Of a stretch of 64,000 nucleotides of DNA, positions 47,856-57,370 are shown piece by piece. A program made the translations under genes and the position numbers. Source of the DNA: Candidatus Nomurabacteria bacterium. Its GTDB lineage: Bacteria > Patescibacteriota > Minisyncoccia > Phycocordibacterales > UBA918. How positions within the stretch are numbered: position 1 is the stretch's first letter; each line of letters begins with the position of its first letter. A model generated the notes under the pieces. It did not search any database and was not told the DNA's origin. It was given only the letters and a program-made list of their open reading frames with translations. Location: positions 220,011 through 284,010 of the forward strand of contig JACKGE010000001.1 in the NCBI GenBank assembly GCA_020632155.1, in the 5' to 3' direction.

Positions 47856-48308
47856 TTTCCGCAACGCCAAGGGGGCACATTGATGAAACTAAAAGGATGA
47901 CAGCTATACTGTCATCCTTTTAGTTTTAGAAAGCAAACTTCTTTGCTTTCGTGCCAATGTGCCAGACGGAGACATATTTTTCTCGCTTTCCTAGCGAGAA
48001 AAAAGTCGAGGCCGGGGTGAGTCAGTCTGGGAGACTGACGCAAGACCTTTTGAGATGCTTTGCATCCAAAAGGTATACAGCTTCTGTAGGAAGGAAGTGC
48101 TTAGTGTAAATATTCACAAGGTGAATATTTTACTTAGCAACTTGACCCCAGTACCAAATAGACTTAATAACTTGTGAGTTAACGTCTCATAAATCTCGAT
48201 AAATCTAGCTACAACAAAGTCGTCTAAACCAGACGACTTTGTTGTTATGGAAAAGAAATGCCCCGCGAATGGCCGCGAGGCATGTTAGCGTCCTAGTGTG
48301 TAGGACTT

Positions 48309-49553
48309 TTACTCTTCTGCAATGATGACGGTTCTGGTACCGCCGATAATCCCATAGAGTGGGACGAGGTCGGCACGAACCAGAACAGGAGGCACGCGAA
48401 CCGTTTTCGGGGCATCGGGTGCACTTCCGCGTGGGCGCTTGTAATGTGCACGACGCCAATGTGGTCGGACATACCCTTTACTGCACCGACGATTCGGCTC
48501 ACTCGTGACCTCAGACGGATCGATACGTCCTTTGCCCACGATGTCGCAAATGTGGTCTGGCTCGGTGATGATTGCAGGCGCACCACCAACTGTCATTCGC
48601 GGGCCAGTAGGTGTCGGAACTCTCCAAGCAATCGACTTCTCGGAAAGCGTTTCGAGATAAAGCATCCAGCCGACAACAATACGAATCGTGACACTCAAAC
48701 CTTCGTAATAGGAACGAGTGCTCTCATCAGTGTAGACGCCACCATAACCATCAGGCACGCCACCATGAGCAGTGCGTAATGTTTCCGGCTCCACAATGAT
48801 GGCATCATTTGCACCTCCGATCCTGAGAACGGCATTGTATGAGCCCTGTTGGTGCGTATAGTCACGGTTTAACTCACGGGCTTTTCGTGCCATGAGTTTT
48901 ACCGCTGCTCTCGGTTTTTTCTTTTTCAGCTTCCTGAATTCCGCAATCTCCAGGCCCGTAAAACCGTATCGTTTGCCCGGCTTTGCTGGCACATGAAGCC
49001 AACGAAAGAGCACTTGCGGTGTCCCGTCGGTGCGTTGCGAACGCGTCACCATAACGGCATCGAGCCGCTGATCGATACCATCCGCCGGATGCGCCATAAT
49101 CAATGGCTTTTCAAGCGAGATGATAAACGATTCAAACGGCCAGAGCACGTCGCTCCACCGCATGTCCGGCAACTCAGCCGCTGCCAACATCGCCTCGAGA
49201 GAGTGCGGCAGATGAAAGACACGCCGCGACGTTCGATTCCAACGAAGCAACTCGTATGGAAACGCCTGGTAGTTTCGCAGCTTTTCCGCCCCACACGGAC
49301 GCATGTCTTCCGGCATCAAGTACGCGATCTTTTGGTTTGGCTGCCACTCTTCAATGCTAAGAATCTCATAAGATCCGTCAAGAATCTTGTCAGCAAATTT
49401 CGTATGCTGTTCAGCCGCACGCACATCCTCGTCAGACACAAGTCCTTGCGCAAAAAGCGCGAGCACCTCCAGTTCATGTTCAAAGTGAAGAACTTGCCAC
49501 ATGGCAAGTGTGTTCGCGAGACGTTCGGAAACGTCAGGATAGTTCGATGTCAT
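48309..49553 (-). CDS. GC-rich hypothetical protein (414 aa)
   Basis: About 58% GC. GGAGG RBS. No motif recognised. Confidence 0.5.
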   Translation of the reverse strand: MTSNYPDVSERLANTLAMWQVLHFEHELEVLALFAQGLVSDEDVRAAEQHTKFADKILDGSYEILSIEEWQPNQKIAYLMPEDMRPCGAEKLRNYQAFPYELLRWNRTSRRVFHLPHSLEAMLAAAELPDMRWSDVLWPFESFIISLEKPLIMAHPADGIDQRLDAVMVTRSQRTDGTPQVLFRWLHVPAKPGKRYGFTGLEIAEFRKLKKKKPRAAVKLMARKARELNRDYTHQQGSYNAVLRIGGANDAIIVEPETLRTAHGGVPDGYGGVYTDESTRSYYEGLSVTIRIVVGWMLYLETLSEKSIAWRVPTPTGPRMTVGGAPAIITEPDHICDIVGKGRIDPSEVTSEPNRRCSKGYVRPHWRRAHYKRPRGSAPDAPKTVRVPPVLVRADLVPLYGIIGGTRTVIIAEE

Positions 49554-49729
49554 CTGACACCTCCTTCGTCAAGTTGTAGAGAACAGGTTTACTAGGCGGA
49601 ACGATACCACAGAAGTGCTATTTGTCTATACTTCGCGTTCGATCTCAGAGAAATAAGAACCAGATGCAATTTGCTTGAACTATGCCGAATGCAGTTGCAA
49701 AAGTCAAAGACTACCTCTACTGAAAGGAA

Positions 49730-49790
49730 AGGGGTCAGAAAAGAGCGACATCAGCCCCAAAGAAACGCTTGTGGTACTTGCTGGGTAAAG
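49730..49790. repeat. 58 bp direct repeat copy B
   Basis: See copy A. Confidence 0.55.
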
Positions 49791-49895
49791 GATCACTGTA
49801 ACAAACGTACTTTTGAAACGTCTGTACCAATAGCTGCGCGGCAGCGAAATTTTTGTTAATCTTACACGTACTATTTACCACACTAGCCATATTTC

Positions 49896-50648
49896 ATGAA
49901 TCGACGCCCTATCATCATTGCTGTCATTGCCATCTGTGTCCTTGGCCTCGTAGCCGCCGTCTCTTTTAGTCAGCCGGGTGACTTTTTGTATAAACTAAAG
50001 TCTGGTTTTGCTGATTCGGTATCCCAAGACCCCACCACTGCTATTGCAGACAGTATGAGCGCGGTGGAGAGTGAAATGAAGCAACTCAAAAAGATGTCGC
50101 TTGAAAACCAAACGGTAGATGCAACTGCGGCAGAAGAAATTGCCGGCCGCGTATCAGGTAATATTGACACGATCATCACGAACGTTCGCCAGAGTGCCGA
50201 CACAATGACAACAGAAGAGAGAGTAAATACGTATCAGACACTCGATAGCTACTTGTTTGCAATGGAACAGTTAGCAAACGGAGACAGCGACCTGCATTCA
50301 CTTAAAGTACCGCTTCAAGACCCACAGTACCGCGTCGAAGACGAACTGCAGCGCGAAGTAGATTCGCTGGTAGCCAATAACTCAGAGGTCTTCTTGCGTA
50401 ACTATATTGGTGATCAGATTCAGCTTGTGATGGAAGGTTTTGGACAAGTTGATGATGCAAACTCACTTCGTTTTGCACAGCGCTACATGACTAACCTCAA
50501 CGAAGCGCTTGCTAGTGGTGACAATACCGGCGCCATTGTAGCGGCGCTCAGCGCCAAGACGGTGCTTGATGTAGAGGGATATATGTCTGACAGTGGTGAC
50601 TTTGAGTTTGATGTCGAAATGCCGGCTGAAGGAGAGCCGCAAGGTTAG
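49896..50648 (+). CDS. membrane-anchored hypothetical protein
   Basis: N-terminal TM. Helical/acidic. Confidence 0.45.
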   Translation: MNRRPIIIAVIAICVLGLVAAVSFSQPGDFLYKLKSGFADSVSQDPTTAIADSMSAVESEMKQLKKMSLENQTVDATAAEEIAGRVSGNIDTIITNVRQSADTMTTEERVNTYQTLDSYLFAMEQLANGDSDLHSLKVPLQDPQYRVEDELQREVDSLVANNSEVFLRNYIGDQIQLVMEGFGQVDDANSLRFAQRYMTNLNEALASGDNTGAIVAALSAKTVLDVEGYMSDSGDFEFDVEMPAEGEPQG

Positions 50649-50671
50649 GGAGGGGAGTGAAAAGTAAGACA

Positions 50672-50700
50672 AAAACGCGGCGCTTTGCGCCGCGTTTTTT
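50672..50700. terminator. bidirectional terminator
   Basis: AAAAACGCGGCGCTTTGCGCCGCGTTTTTT. Confidence 0.7.
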
Positions 50701-50754
50701 GTTTGTAGAGCAAAAGGAAAGGCCGGCGGTGGAACGCCGGCCATTTTCGTTGGC

Positions 50755-50997
50755 TTATGCCACCAACCGAGCTTGCCGTACTTCGGTGAGAAGACGGCGA
50801 GAACCGCTCTCGAGGTCCATCATGGTGGGCGTAAGCTCCACGACCTCAGGCATCTCCCCGGTCGCGATTCGTTTTGCCGTCGATACGACATTACGGATCG
50901 TCAGCTCGGGATGCGTTTTCAGGAAGTCGCGGATACGTGTGCGAGCTTCCAAGCACAGCCATGTGGGCTGCGTTGGGGTACGTCTCTTAAAGAACAT
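50755..50997 (-). CDS. small GC-rich hypothetical protein
   Basis: AAGGAG RBS 7 nt upstream of the ATG. Confidence 0.4.
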   Translation of the reverse strand: MFFKRRTPTQPTWLCLEARTRIRDFLKTHPELTIRNVVSTAKRIATGEMPEVVELTPTMMDLESGSRRLLTEVRQARLVA

Positions 50998-51146
50998 GAC
51001 CCGCTCCTTTTGCTCTACGTTAAGGGAATCTCAACGTTAACCTCAAAATACTCCTCAATAAAAATGCGTCAAGTCAAGTTGTGCACACGTTGTCTTGGTA
51101 CGGTGAAAAAGCGTTAGAATGTAGGTATACCCACTAAGCAATTTCT

Positions 51147-51584
51147 ATGGAACAAGCAGCATTACGCAGCACGGTCATCGACTTTCTAAACGCGCACCGC
51201 AAAGCCGTGTTCTCTATTCTTGACGAGCAAGGTTTGCCGACCACCTCGCTCATGCTCTACGTCATTGATGACGATATGAACGTGTATTTTGGTACGCGAA
51301 AGGCCTTTTCAAAGTACGGTCATCTCACCGAGAACAACGTGGTATCGCTCTCGGTCATTGAAGAAGTACTCGATCCGCTTAAGGTCGTTGATATGCGCGG
51401 TGAGGTAGAAGAACTTACCCCAGAGGTGCAGGAGGAGATGTATGCGTACTTCAAGTCCAAGAACCCATCAAAGTACTACGTCGAAGGAGCAGAGGACTTT
51501 GTCATGTTCAAGCTCACCCCGCACTTTGTGCGCTGGCTCGACGCTGGCAGTGGGGAACTCGCGATTGTTGATTTGGATTTGTAG
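51147..51584 (+). CDS. pyridoxamine 5'-phosphate oxidase-like FMN-binding split-barrel protein
   Basis: GSG26/PNPOx-like pattern (LATTD-like N-terminus, VYFGT). Confidence 0.5.
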   Translation: MEQAALRSTVIDFLNAHRKAVFSILDEQGLPTTSLMLYVIDDDMNVYFGTRKAFSKYGHLTENNVVSLSVIEEVLDPLKVVDMRGEVEELTPEVQEEMYAYFKSKNPSKYYVEGAEDFVMFKLTPHFVRWLDAGSGELAIVDLDL

Positions 51585-51687
51585 TTTCCAGTGTCTAACA
51601 AAAACACCAGCCACAAAGTGACTGGTGTTTTGGTTACTTCGGCGCACCTTATAGGGTTGAGTTGATAATTTTTTTAAAAGAAAACCT

Positions 51688-51716
51688 TGCATGAATCTAT
51701 GTAAAATATTATATTG
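51688..51716 (+). promoter_or_regulatory. sigma70-like promoter (TTGCAT-17-TATATT)
   Basis: Near-consensus hexamers with 17 nt spacing, upstream of the noncoding locus. Confidence 0.45.
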
Positions 51717-51721
51717 GTAGT

Positions 51722-52078
51722 GGATCGAAAGTCAGGACATCAAACGAGACTCCGGGAAAGGGGGAAGTACCTTGACCGGATCAGGTCATTCGAACGCTAG
51801 GCTTATACCGATAAAACCATAGAGGGTATCCAGTCCCGTGTTGGGAAAGCTGCAAACAATTCGACCGAGTAGCAGCTCAGAAATGGGTTTGCGAAAGCGG
51901 GTGGCTATGTCACATATAGAGCGACGGCCGAGAGGCGTCAGGTTAAGCCGTTAGGTGTAGCCAAGTTTGGAGGCGAACTTCCAAGCGTTGTCATATGCTC
52001 GTGTTACCCATCCAAGCCTCAGGACTATAATGATCCCGCCTCCCCGACAGCGACATGTCGGGGATTTTCTTTTTTATC
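51722..52078 (+). ncRNA. candidate structured noncoding RNA (~355 nt, unknown class)
   Basis: Bounded by the promoter above and a strong terminator, CCCCGACAGCGACATGTCGGGGATTTTCTTTTTT. No ORF longer than 60 aa. Internal hairpins. Confidence 0.3.
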
Positions 52079-52188
52079 TTGGTGCACCATGTGGGACGAG
52101 GTTAGAACTTTTTATCTAAAATAGATACAGCCCCGACCTCCCATAGGGAAGCCGGGGCTGGTATCGCTTGCGCTGCTTGGCAGAATGA

Positions 52189-52977
52189 TTAGTCCTTCTT
52201 GACGCCGAAGAAGCGGAGCAGGTGCAGGAACAGGTTGATGAAGTCGAGATAGAGCGTGAGTGCTCCGTACACGACCAGTCCACTATGGTCCATCCGTTCA
52301 CCGTGCATCTGGCACAGCTTCTGCATGTCGAACGCCGTCAGGGCGGCGAACAGCAGAATAGCGGCGAAGCTGATGACATAGTCCATCGTCGGCGAACCGA
52401 AGAACGCGTTGACGATCATGGTCACCAGCAGGCCGATGAGGGCGTAGAGGAAGAACGTTCCCATGCCCGTCAGGTCGCGCTTCGTGGTCATGCCCCACAG
52501 TGCGCAGCCGCCGAAGGTAATCGACGTGATCAGGAACACCTTCGCGACGCTCGCTGCCGTATAGGCGTAGAGCACCGGGGCGATGGTGATGCCGTTGAGA
52601 GCGGCGAAAATCACGAAGAGCACAGTTCCGGTTCCGGCGCTCATGTTTGCCATCGAGCTTCGGCCGCTGATCACGAGGACCATGCCGAGTTGCCCGATTG
52701 CTGCGAGCCACCACCACCCCGAGGCCGAAAATTCGGTGACCGTCTCACCTTCATCATTGATGGTTTCGAAGGTGTTGAACAGGGCAGCCATGTTCGCGGT
52801 ATCGAGTGCGATGTAGTAGGCGATTGCCGCCGTGATGAGCAGGCCGAGACCCATGAGCAGGAACGTCTTTTCGAAGAATTCCTGCTGAGAAAGGTAGGCG
52901 CCCATTCGGCGGTTACGATACTGGGTGTTTTCCATCTCTGGTCTCCCGTTGGATGTGAATGGATTTGTGGCGATCAA
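52189..52977 (-). CDS. Bax inhibitor-1/YccA (TMBIM) family membrane protein
   Basis: Seven TM helices and the family C-terminal pattern. About 60% GC. Confidence 0.75.
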   Translation of the reverse strand: MIATNPFTSNGRPEMENTQYRNRRMGAYLSQQEFFEKTFLLMGLGLLITAAIAYYIALDTANMAALFNTFETINDEGETVTEFSASGWWWLAAIGQLGMVLVISGRSSMANMSAGTGTVLFVIFAALNGITIAPVLYAYTAASVAKVFLITSITFGGCALWGMTTKRDLTGMGTFFLYALIGLLVTMIVNAFFGSPTMDYVISFAAILLFAALTAFDMQKLCQMHGERMDHSGLVVYGALTLYLDFINLFLHLLRFFGVKKD

Positions 52978-53088
52978 GTCTCCACTTTTAATTATAGTAT
53001 AAAAAAATACCTAGTCAAGGTTTGTACGCGATGAGTGACTTGGTCACCTCCACATCAATATTCTTTATTTAAGCTTGTGGTCACGAAT

Positions 53089-53161
53089 CACTAAGTATAA
53101 TCACGCACTATCGTGCAGATTCTACTAAGTGTTCTCGACCCCGGCTCGTCTATTTTTGCGC
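53089..53161 (-). repeat. tRNA-3'-flank repeat element, copy R2
   Basis: See R1. Lies 3' of tRNA-Val and about 110 nt upstream of the BI-1 gene. Confidence 0.6.
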
Positions 53162-53228
53162 TAGGAAAGGCGCAAAAATTATGACTCCGCCTCGCACACA
53201 GGCACGAAACTGAAGCAGTTCAGTTTCT

Positions 53229-53272
53229 AAAACAAAGACGCAATTCCTGAAGGGAATTGCGTCTTTGTTTTA
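53229..53272 (-). terminator. long perfect hairpin terminator after tRNA-Val
   Basis: AAACAAAGACGCAATTCC-TGAAGG-GAATTGCGTCTTTGTTT. Confidence 0.6.
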
Positions 53273-53281
53273 CCTGTGTGC

Positions 53282-53353
53282 GCGATGAGAGGCTCGAACT
53301 CCCGACCTTCGCAGTGTAAATGCGCTGCTCTACCAACTGAGCTAATCGCGCGG
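53282..53353 (-). tRNA. tRNA-Val (anticodon TAC)
   Basis: Acceptor GCGCGAT/ATCGCGC, D-arm GCTCAGTTGGTAGAGC, loop TTTACAC, T-arm GGGAGTTCGAGCCTCTC. Confidence 0.75.
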
Positions 53354-53448
53354 TCGTGGTAGGGCATAGTATATATAAAACTTTTCATAGTGCAAACAGG
53401 GTATTAAATTTTGTACCCATTACCTATTTATTATATAATAAATAGGTA

Positions 53449-54123
53449 ATGAAATTAGCTGAAAAGTTAAAGGCTCGGACGCTCAGAGTCAAAGGACACT
53501 CAATTGGTGAGATAGCCACTAAACTTTCTGTTTCAAAATCAAGTGTTAGTAACTGGGTAGCCGATATAGAACTGTCCTCAGCGCAAATCAAGCAGCTCAA
53601 AACAAATTCACATTCTGCGGTCGCGGTCGAGAATCGGAGAAGGTCACGATTAAAAAATGAAAATGCTCGCCGTGAACAGATTATTGAGAAAGCAAAAAGC
53701 GAAGTCAACAAACCTACGGCCCAAGAGTTATTTTTTCTTGGTGTAGCCTTGTATTGGGGCGAAGGAACCAAGAAAAAGCGAGGAGTGGTTGAGTTTACAA
53801 ACAGTGATCCAAAAGTAGTTGAAGTAATGATGCGATTCTTCAGGGATGTATGTAGTGTTCCTGAGAAAAAGTTTCGTGGGCATGTCTATATTCACGAACA
53901 TTTATCGATTGAGAAGGCAGAACAATACTGGAGTCGAGTTGCCCGTATCCCGCGAAGACAGTTTTATAAAACTTCCATTCAACACAATCGCACTCGTCTT
54001 AAAAAAGACACTCTAACGAAAGGCACCTTTGCAATTTCTATTTGTGACACTGAACTAAAATTACGTATATTGGGTTGGATAGAAGGGGTTTACCAGACAA
54101 CAACTGTTCAAAGTTGTGAGTGA
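53449..54123 (+). CDS. HTH-containing LAGLIDADG-like endonuclease paralog
   Basis: N-terminal HTH homologous to the one in 10461-11291 (HSIGEIATKLSVSKSSVSNW versus HTLNEIVQITGRSKTTVYFH). LFFLGVALYWGEGTK motif. Confidence 0.45.
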   Translation: MKLAEKLKARTLRVKGHSIGEIATKLSVSKSSVSNWVADIELSSAQIKQLKTNSHSAVAVENRRRSRLKNENARREQIIEKAKSEVNKPTAQELFFLGVALYWGEGTKKKRGVVEFTNSDPKVVEVMMRFFRDVCSVPEKKFRGHVYIHEHLSIEKAEQYWSRVARIPRRQFYKTSIQHNRTRLKKDTLTKGTFAISICDTELKLRILGWIEGVYQTTTVQSCE

Positions 54124-54150
54124 GGTCACTCGTAGTACTATTATGGTTGT

Positions 54151-54426
54151 ATGATCGAGATGTATTGTGTGGTGTCGGGAAAGGTCCAGCGAGTGGCGTA
54201 TCGTGCTTTTGTGCAGGATTCAGCTGGCACTCTTGGAGTTGTCGGCTGGGTGCGCAACTTGCCGGATGGCAGTGTTGAGTTGGTGGCTCAAGGACCAAGC
54301 GATGTACTGAAAGAATTCGTGGAGTATCTCCATGAGGGCTCGCTGATGGCCAAGGTCGAGTCGGTCTCAATTGACTGGCGTAGTGTTAAACGGCCGCTTG
54401 ATGATTTTTCTATCAAACATGATTGA
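54151..54426 (+). CDS. acyP: acylphosphatase
   Basis: VSGKVQRVAYRAF and GWVRNLPDGSVE motifs. Confidence 0.8.
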   Translation: MIEMYCVVSGKVQRVAYRAFVQDSAGTLGVVGWVRNLPDGSVELVAQGPSDVLKEFVEYLHEGSLMAKVESVSIDWRSVKRPLDDFSIKHD

Positions 54427-55165
54427 GCCAGAGATACTATTTGAAGACGCTAATGTAATCGTGGTGAATAAACCAGTCGGTTTGATGGTGCACGAGGACG
54501 GAGTCTCCAAGGAGGAGACGGTGGTGGACTGGCTCCTTAGCCGCGCGCCGGAGGCGCGCGGCGTCGGCGAAGCGGGCTATTCACCAAAAGGTGAGGTGCT
54601 AGAGCGTTCAGGCGTAGTACACCGCCTCGACCGCGACACTTCGGGTGTACTTATATTAGCGAAGAACCAAGAGGCTTTTGTTCACCTGAAAGCCCAGTTT
54701 AAAGACCGGCAGGTCAAAAAGGAGTATGTCGCCTTGGTCTACGGAACATTACCCGAAGAACGCGGTGTTATTGACCGCCCCATAGGACGCAGCGCCAGTG
54801 ACTTCCGCAAACGTTCCGCTGAGCGCGGCGCCAAAGGAACGCTCCGCGAAGCAATCACCCATTATGAACGTCTAGAAGAAGGTCAGTACGAAGGCGAAAC
54901 CTTTTCTCTCGTGCGACTACTCCCTAAGACCGGCCGTACACACCAGCTGCGTGTTCACTTAAAGGCCATTGGGAGGCCGATTGTAGGTGATAGCTTGTAT
55001 GCAGGCAAAAAACGAGAAACCTCTAATAATATAGGACTTGAACGTCTGGCTCTTCATGCTGAGGCACTGACCCTGACGCTCCCTAGCGGAGAGGCAAAGC
55101 GCTTTGTGGCGCCGCTTCCGTCAGAGCTCGCTGTCGCGACCGCCCGTATTGCACCCATTTCCTAG
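54371..55165 (+). CDS. RluA-family pseudouridine synthase
   Basis: HRLDRDTSGVLILAKN catalytic Asp motif. The start is probably an internal M around 54400. Confidence 0.8.
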   Translation: MTGVVLNGRLMIFLSNMIEPEILFEDANVIVVNKPVGLMVHEDGVSKEETVVDWLLSRAPEARGVGEAGYSPKGEVLERSGVVHRLDRDTSGVLILAKNQEAFVHLKAQFKDRQVKKEYVALVYGTLPEERGVIDRPIGRSASDFRKRSAERGAKGTLREAITHYERLEEGQYEGETFSLVRLLPKTGRTHQLRVHLKAIGRPIVGDSLYAGKKRETSNNIGLERLALHAEALTLTLPSGEAKRFVAPLPSELAVATARIAPIS

Positions 55166-55222
55166 CTGTGGTACATTACCGGAGCTTTTTACAGCGCTAT
55201 TTTTGTATCTTATTTAAAAATT

Positions 55223-55879
55223 ATGACGACAACCCTCACAGGTGTAGCAATATCTCCGGTCAACATGGATGACCGCAAGAGTCTCGGTATCAAAGCCGGT
55301 GACACTGTTCGCGTACACCAAAAGATCCAAGACAAAGGTAAGACCCGTATTCAGGTATTTGAAGGCGTGGTATTGGCCCGAAAACATGGTGATGAACCCG
55401 GAGCAACCTTCACTGTTCGCAAGGTCTCCAGTGGTGTCGGCGTAGAGAAGATCTTCCCGCTTTACTCACCAAACATCGATAAGATCGAGATCGTGAAGCG
55501 TGCCAAGGTACGCCGCGCAAAGCTCTACTACATCCGTGAGAAGGTAGCTAAGGAGATCCGTCGCCAGATGCGTCGTATGAGCTTGGTCTCAATGGGTACT
55601 GAATCAGAAATGGAAGCCGCTCAACGCGCCGAGGCCGAAGCAGCCGCTAAGGCAGAAGAGGAGGCTAGAGCAGCCGAAGAGGCAGCCGCTAAGCAGGCAG
55701 AGGAAGAAGCCAAGGCCGCTGAGGTAGCCGCCGCTGAGACTCCAACTGAGGAGACTGCTCCAGAAGATGACACCGCTACTGATAAAGAAAAGACAGAAGA
55801 GGTTGCGCCAGAGGAGGCCGAGGCACCAGTTGAAGACGCTTCCGAGGAAGCTCCAACTGAAGAAGAGAAAAAAGACTAG
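55223..55879 (+). CDS. rplS: 50S ribosomal protein L19 with long Ala/Glu-rich C-terminal extension
   Basis: L19 core over residues 1-120, then an AEEAAAK low-complexity tail of about 90 aa. Confidence 0.85.
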   Translation: MTTTLTGVAISPVNMDDRKSLGIKAGDTVRVHQKIQDKGKTRIQVFEGVVLARKHGDEPGATFTVRKVSSGVGVEKIFPLYSPNIDKIEIVKRAKVRRAKLYYIREKVAKEIRRQMRRMSLVSMGTESEMEAAQRAEAEAAAKAEEEARAAEEAAAKQAEEEAKAAEVAAAETPTEETAPEDDTATDKEKTEEVAPEEAEAPVEDASEEAPTEEEKKD

Positions 55880-55982
55880 TTGCTACGCAACTCTAGAAAC
55901 CAAAAAACTGCCGGAGGCAGTTTTTTAGTTGCAAAACTACGGAAAATCTTTAGAATGTACCCACTTCGAAAAGGAAGTCTTT

Positions 55983-56066
55983 GCCCAGGTGGTGAAATTG
56001 GTATACACGCTACCTTGAGGTGGTAGTGGCCGTTCGGTCGTGCTGGTTCAAGTCCAGTCCTGGGCA
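55983..56066 (+). tRNA. tRNA-Leu (anticodon GAG), type II
   Basis: GCCCAGGTGGTGAAATTGGTA... Anticodon loop CTTGAGG. Long variable arm. T-arm GGTTCAAGTCC. Confidence 0.8.
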
Positions 56067-56104
56067 CAAAATAAAATCCCCTTCACGGGGATTTTATTTT
56101 GTGC
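56067..56104 (+). terminator. terminator after tRNA-Leu
   Basis: AAAATAAAATCCCCTTCACGGGGATTTTATTTT. Confidence 0.65.
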
Positions 56105-56165
56105 CCAGGAAACACGCAAACTGCTTTGCGTGTGTCTGGACTTGAAAGGCACAGCTATGCCGTAG

Positions 56166-56238
56166 GCGAGCGAGCCGGGGTCGAGAGTACTTGGTGAAGT
56201 ATGAGTTAACGAAATACTTCACTTAGTAACTCGTGACC
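56166..56238 (+). repeat. tRNA-3'-flank repeat element, copy R3
   Basis: See R1. Lies 3' of tRNA-Leu and about 100 nt upstream of the 56342 gene. Confidence 0.6.
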
Positions 56239-56341
56239 AAGTCCAGTTTGAAGATTGTGACCACAAAATAAAAGCCCCTTTCGGCAACTCATGACCAAGT
56301 CCGTCTAATGCTGGGCATGCTGTGTTTGTTATACTTTTGTT

Positions 56342-57370
56342 ATGGAGAAGATGATTCAGCGAACCATTGAAAAGGAAGATCCTGTCCGTTCAAATTATGA
56401 TTTCATCGAAGTCAGTAACGAACAGAGGGAGCTTACCGCCAGACACATTTTACCTTACAGAGAAGATATTATTGCTGACGCAAGAAGCTTGCGCGAGAAA
56501 GTAGACAGAGGTTTACAAAAAGATGTAGTGACCCGTAAGCGGCTACGTGATTATGGTAAAGTTTACCCTAACGGTTTATGTGGTGAGATTCGTAATGCTT
56601 GGTTAGAGCAATTACCGAGACATCTTTTTGACTCCAGTTCGGCTGGCTTTTGGCAGATAAGGCAATTTCTAAGGAGTGGGGGACTTATGTCTGGTTTTTG
56701 GGGTGTAGATTCGGGGCGTTATTTTCAGAATGCTATCCAACTTGGCAGCTCCATTCTGGACGTTGCAAACGACACTGTGGATAGAAGTAAGGAACCAGTT
56801 GTTTTTTATGATGACTACGAAACTGCTCCGATAAAAAATTTGGAAGATTTTGAGTCGTTTGCGGATATAGCAGAACTTTACTGGAAAGATAGAATATACC
56901 CCAATACTATATTTCCTTACATAAGCCCGTACTGTCCGCTACTTGTCGAGCGTGAACTTCAGGGCCAAGGAAAGACGGACAAAGTAGGATTATTTTTCCC
57001 CGCTCACGATATGAAATTTTTTAGGCGCAAAAATGCCAACTCAGTAGGGGTAGAGGGAAGGAGGTTTGAGAGTGCTCATAGATTTATATTTTCTAGCAAA
57101 TATAGCCACAGAAAATTACCAGACAGTTTTTTTGAGGAAATCGTCAAAAACGATTTCCTAAAAGACGTTTCACAGCGCTACCCACATGTTTTTACCTTAA
57201 GTGGTGACCCGTCTTTGTTTGAAGAACGTTTCAATCACTTTTATCATGAGGGGGAGGACATAGATTCGCTTGTACAGGAAATACAAGTTATGCGTGAAAT
57301 AACAGAATTAATGAATCGCAGAGGACCGATTGCAGTTTATCCGAAGCCATTGGAGAGTTATGAAATATAA
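56342..57370 (+). CDS. hypothetical protein
   Basis: ORF. No motif. Confidence 0.45.
   Translation: MEKMIQRTIEKEDPVRSNYDFIEVSNEQRELTARHILPYREDIIADARSLREKVDRGLQKDVVTRKRLRDYGKVYPNGLCGEIRNAWLEQLPRHLFDSSSAGFWQIRQFLRSGGLMSGFWGVDSGRYFQNAIQLGSSILDVANDTVDRSKEPVVFYDDYETAPIKNLEDFESFADIAELYWKDRIYPNTIFPYISPYCPLLVERELQGQGKTDKVGLFFPAHDMKFFRRKNANSVGVEGRRFESAHRFIFSSKYSHRKLPDSFFEEIVKNDFLKDVSQRYPHVFTLSGDPSLFEERFNHFYHEGEDIDSLVQEIQVMREITELMNRRGPIAVYPKPLESYEI

Noticed and set aside
51722-52078. Identity of the noncoding locus as RNase P RNA, tmRNA or SRP RNA
   Set aside because: The P4 strands do not pair (GAAAGTCAGGAC has no complementary 3' strand). There is no GGTTCGA T-loop, no CCA-proximal acceptor and no plausible tag ORF. 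The SRP domain IV motif is absent. It is left as unclassified.
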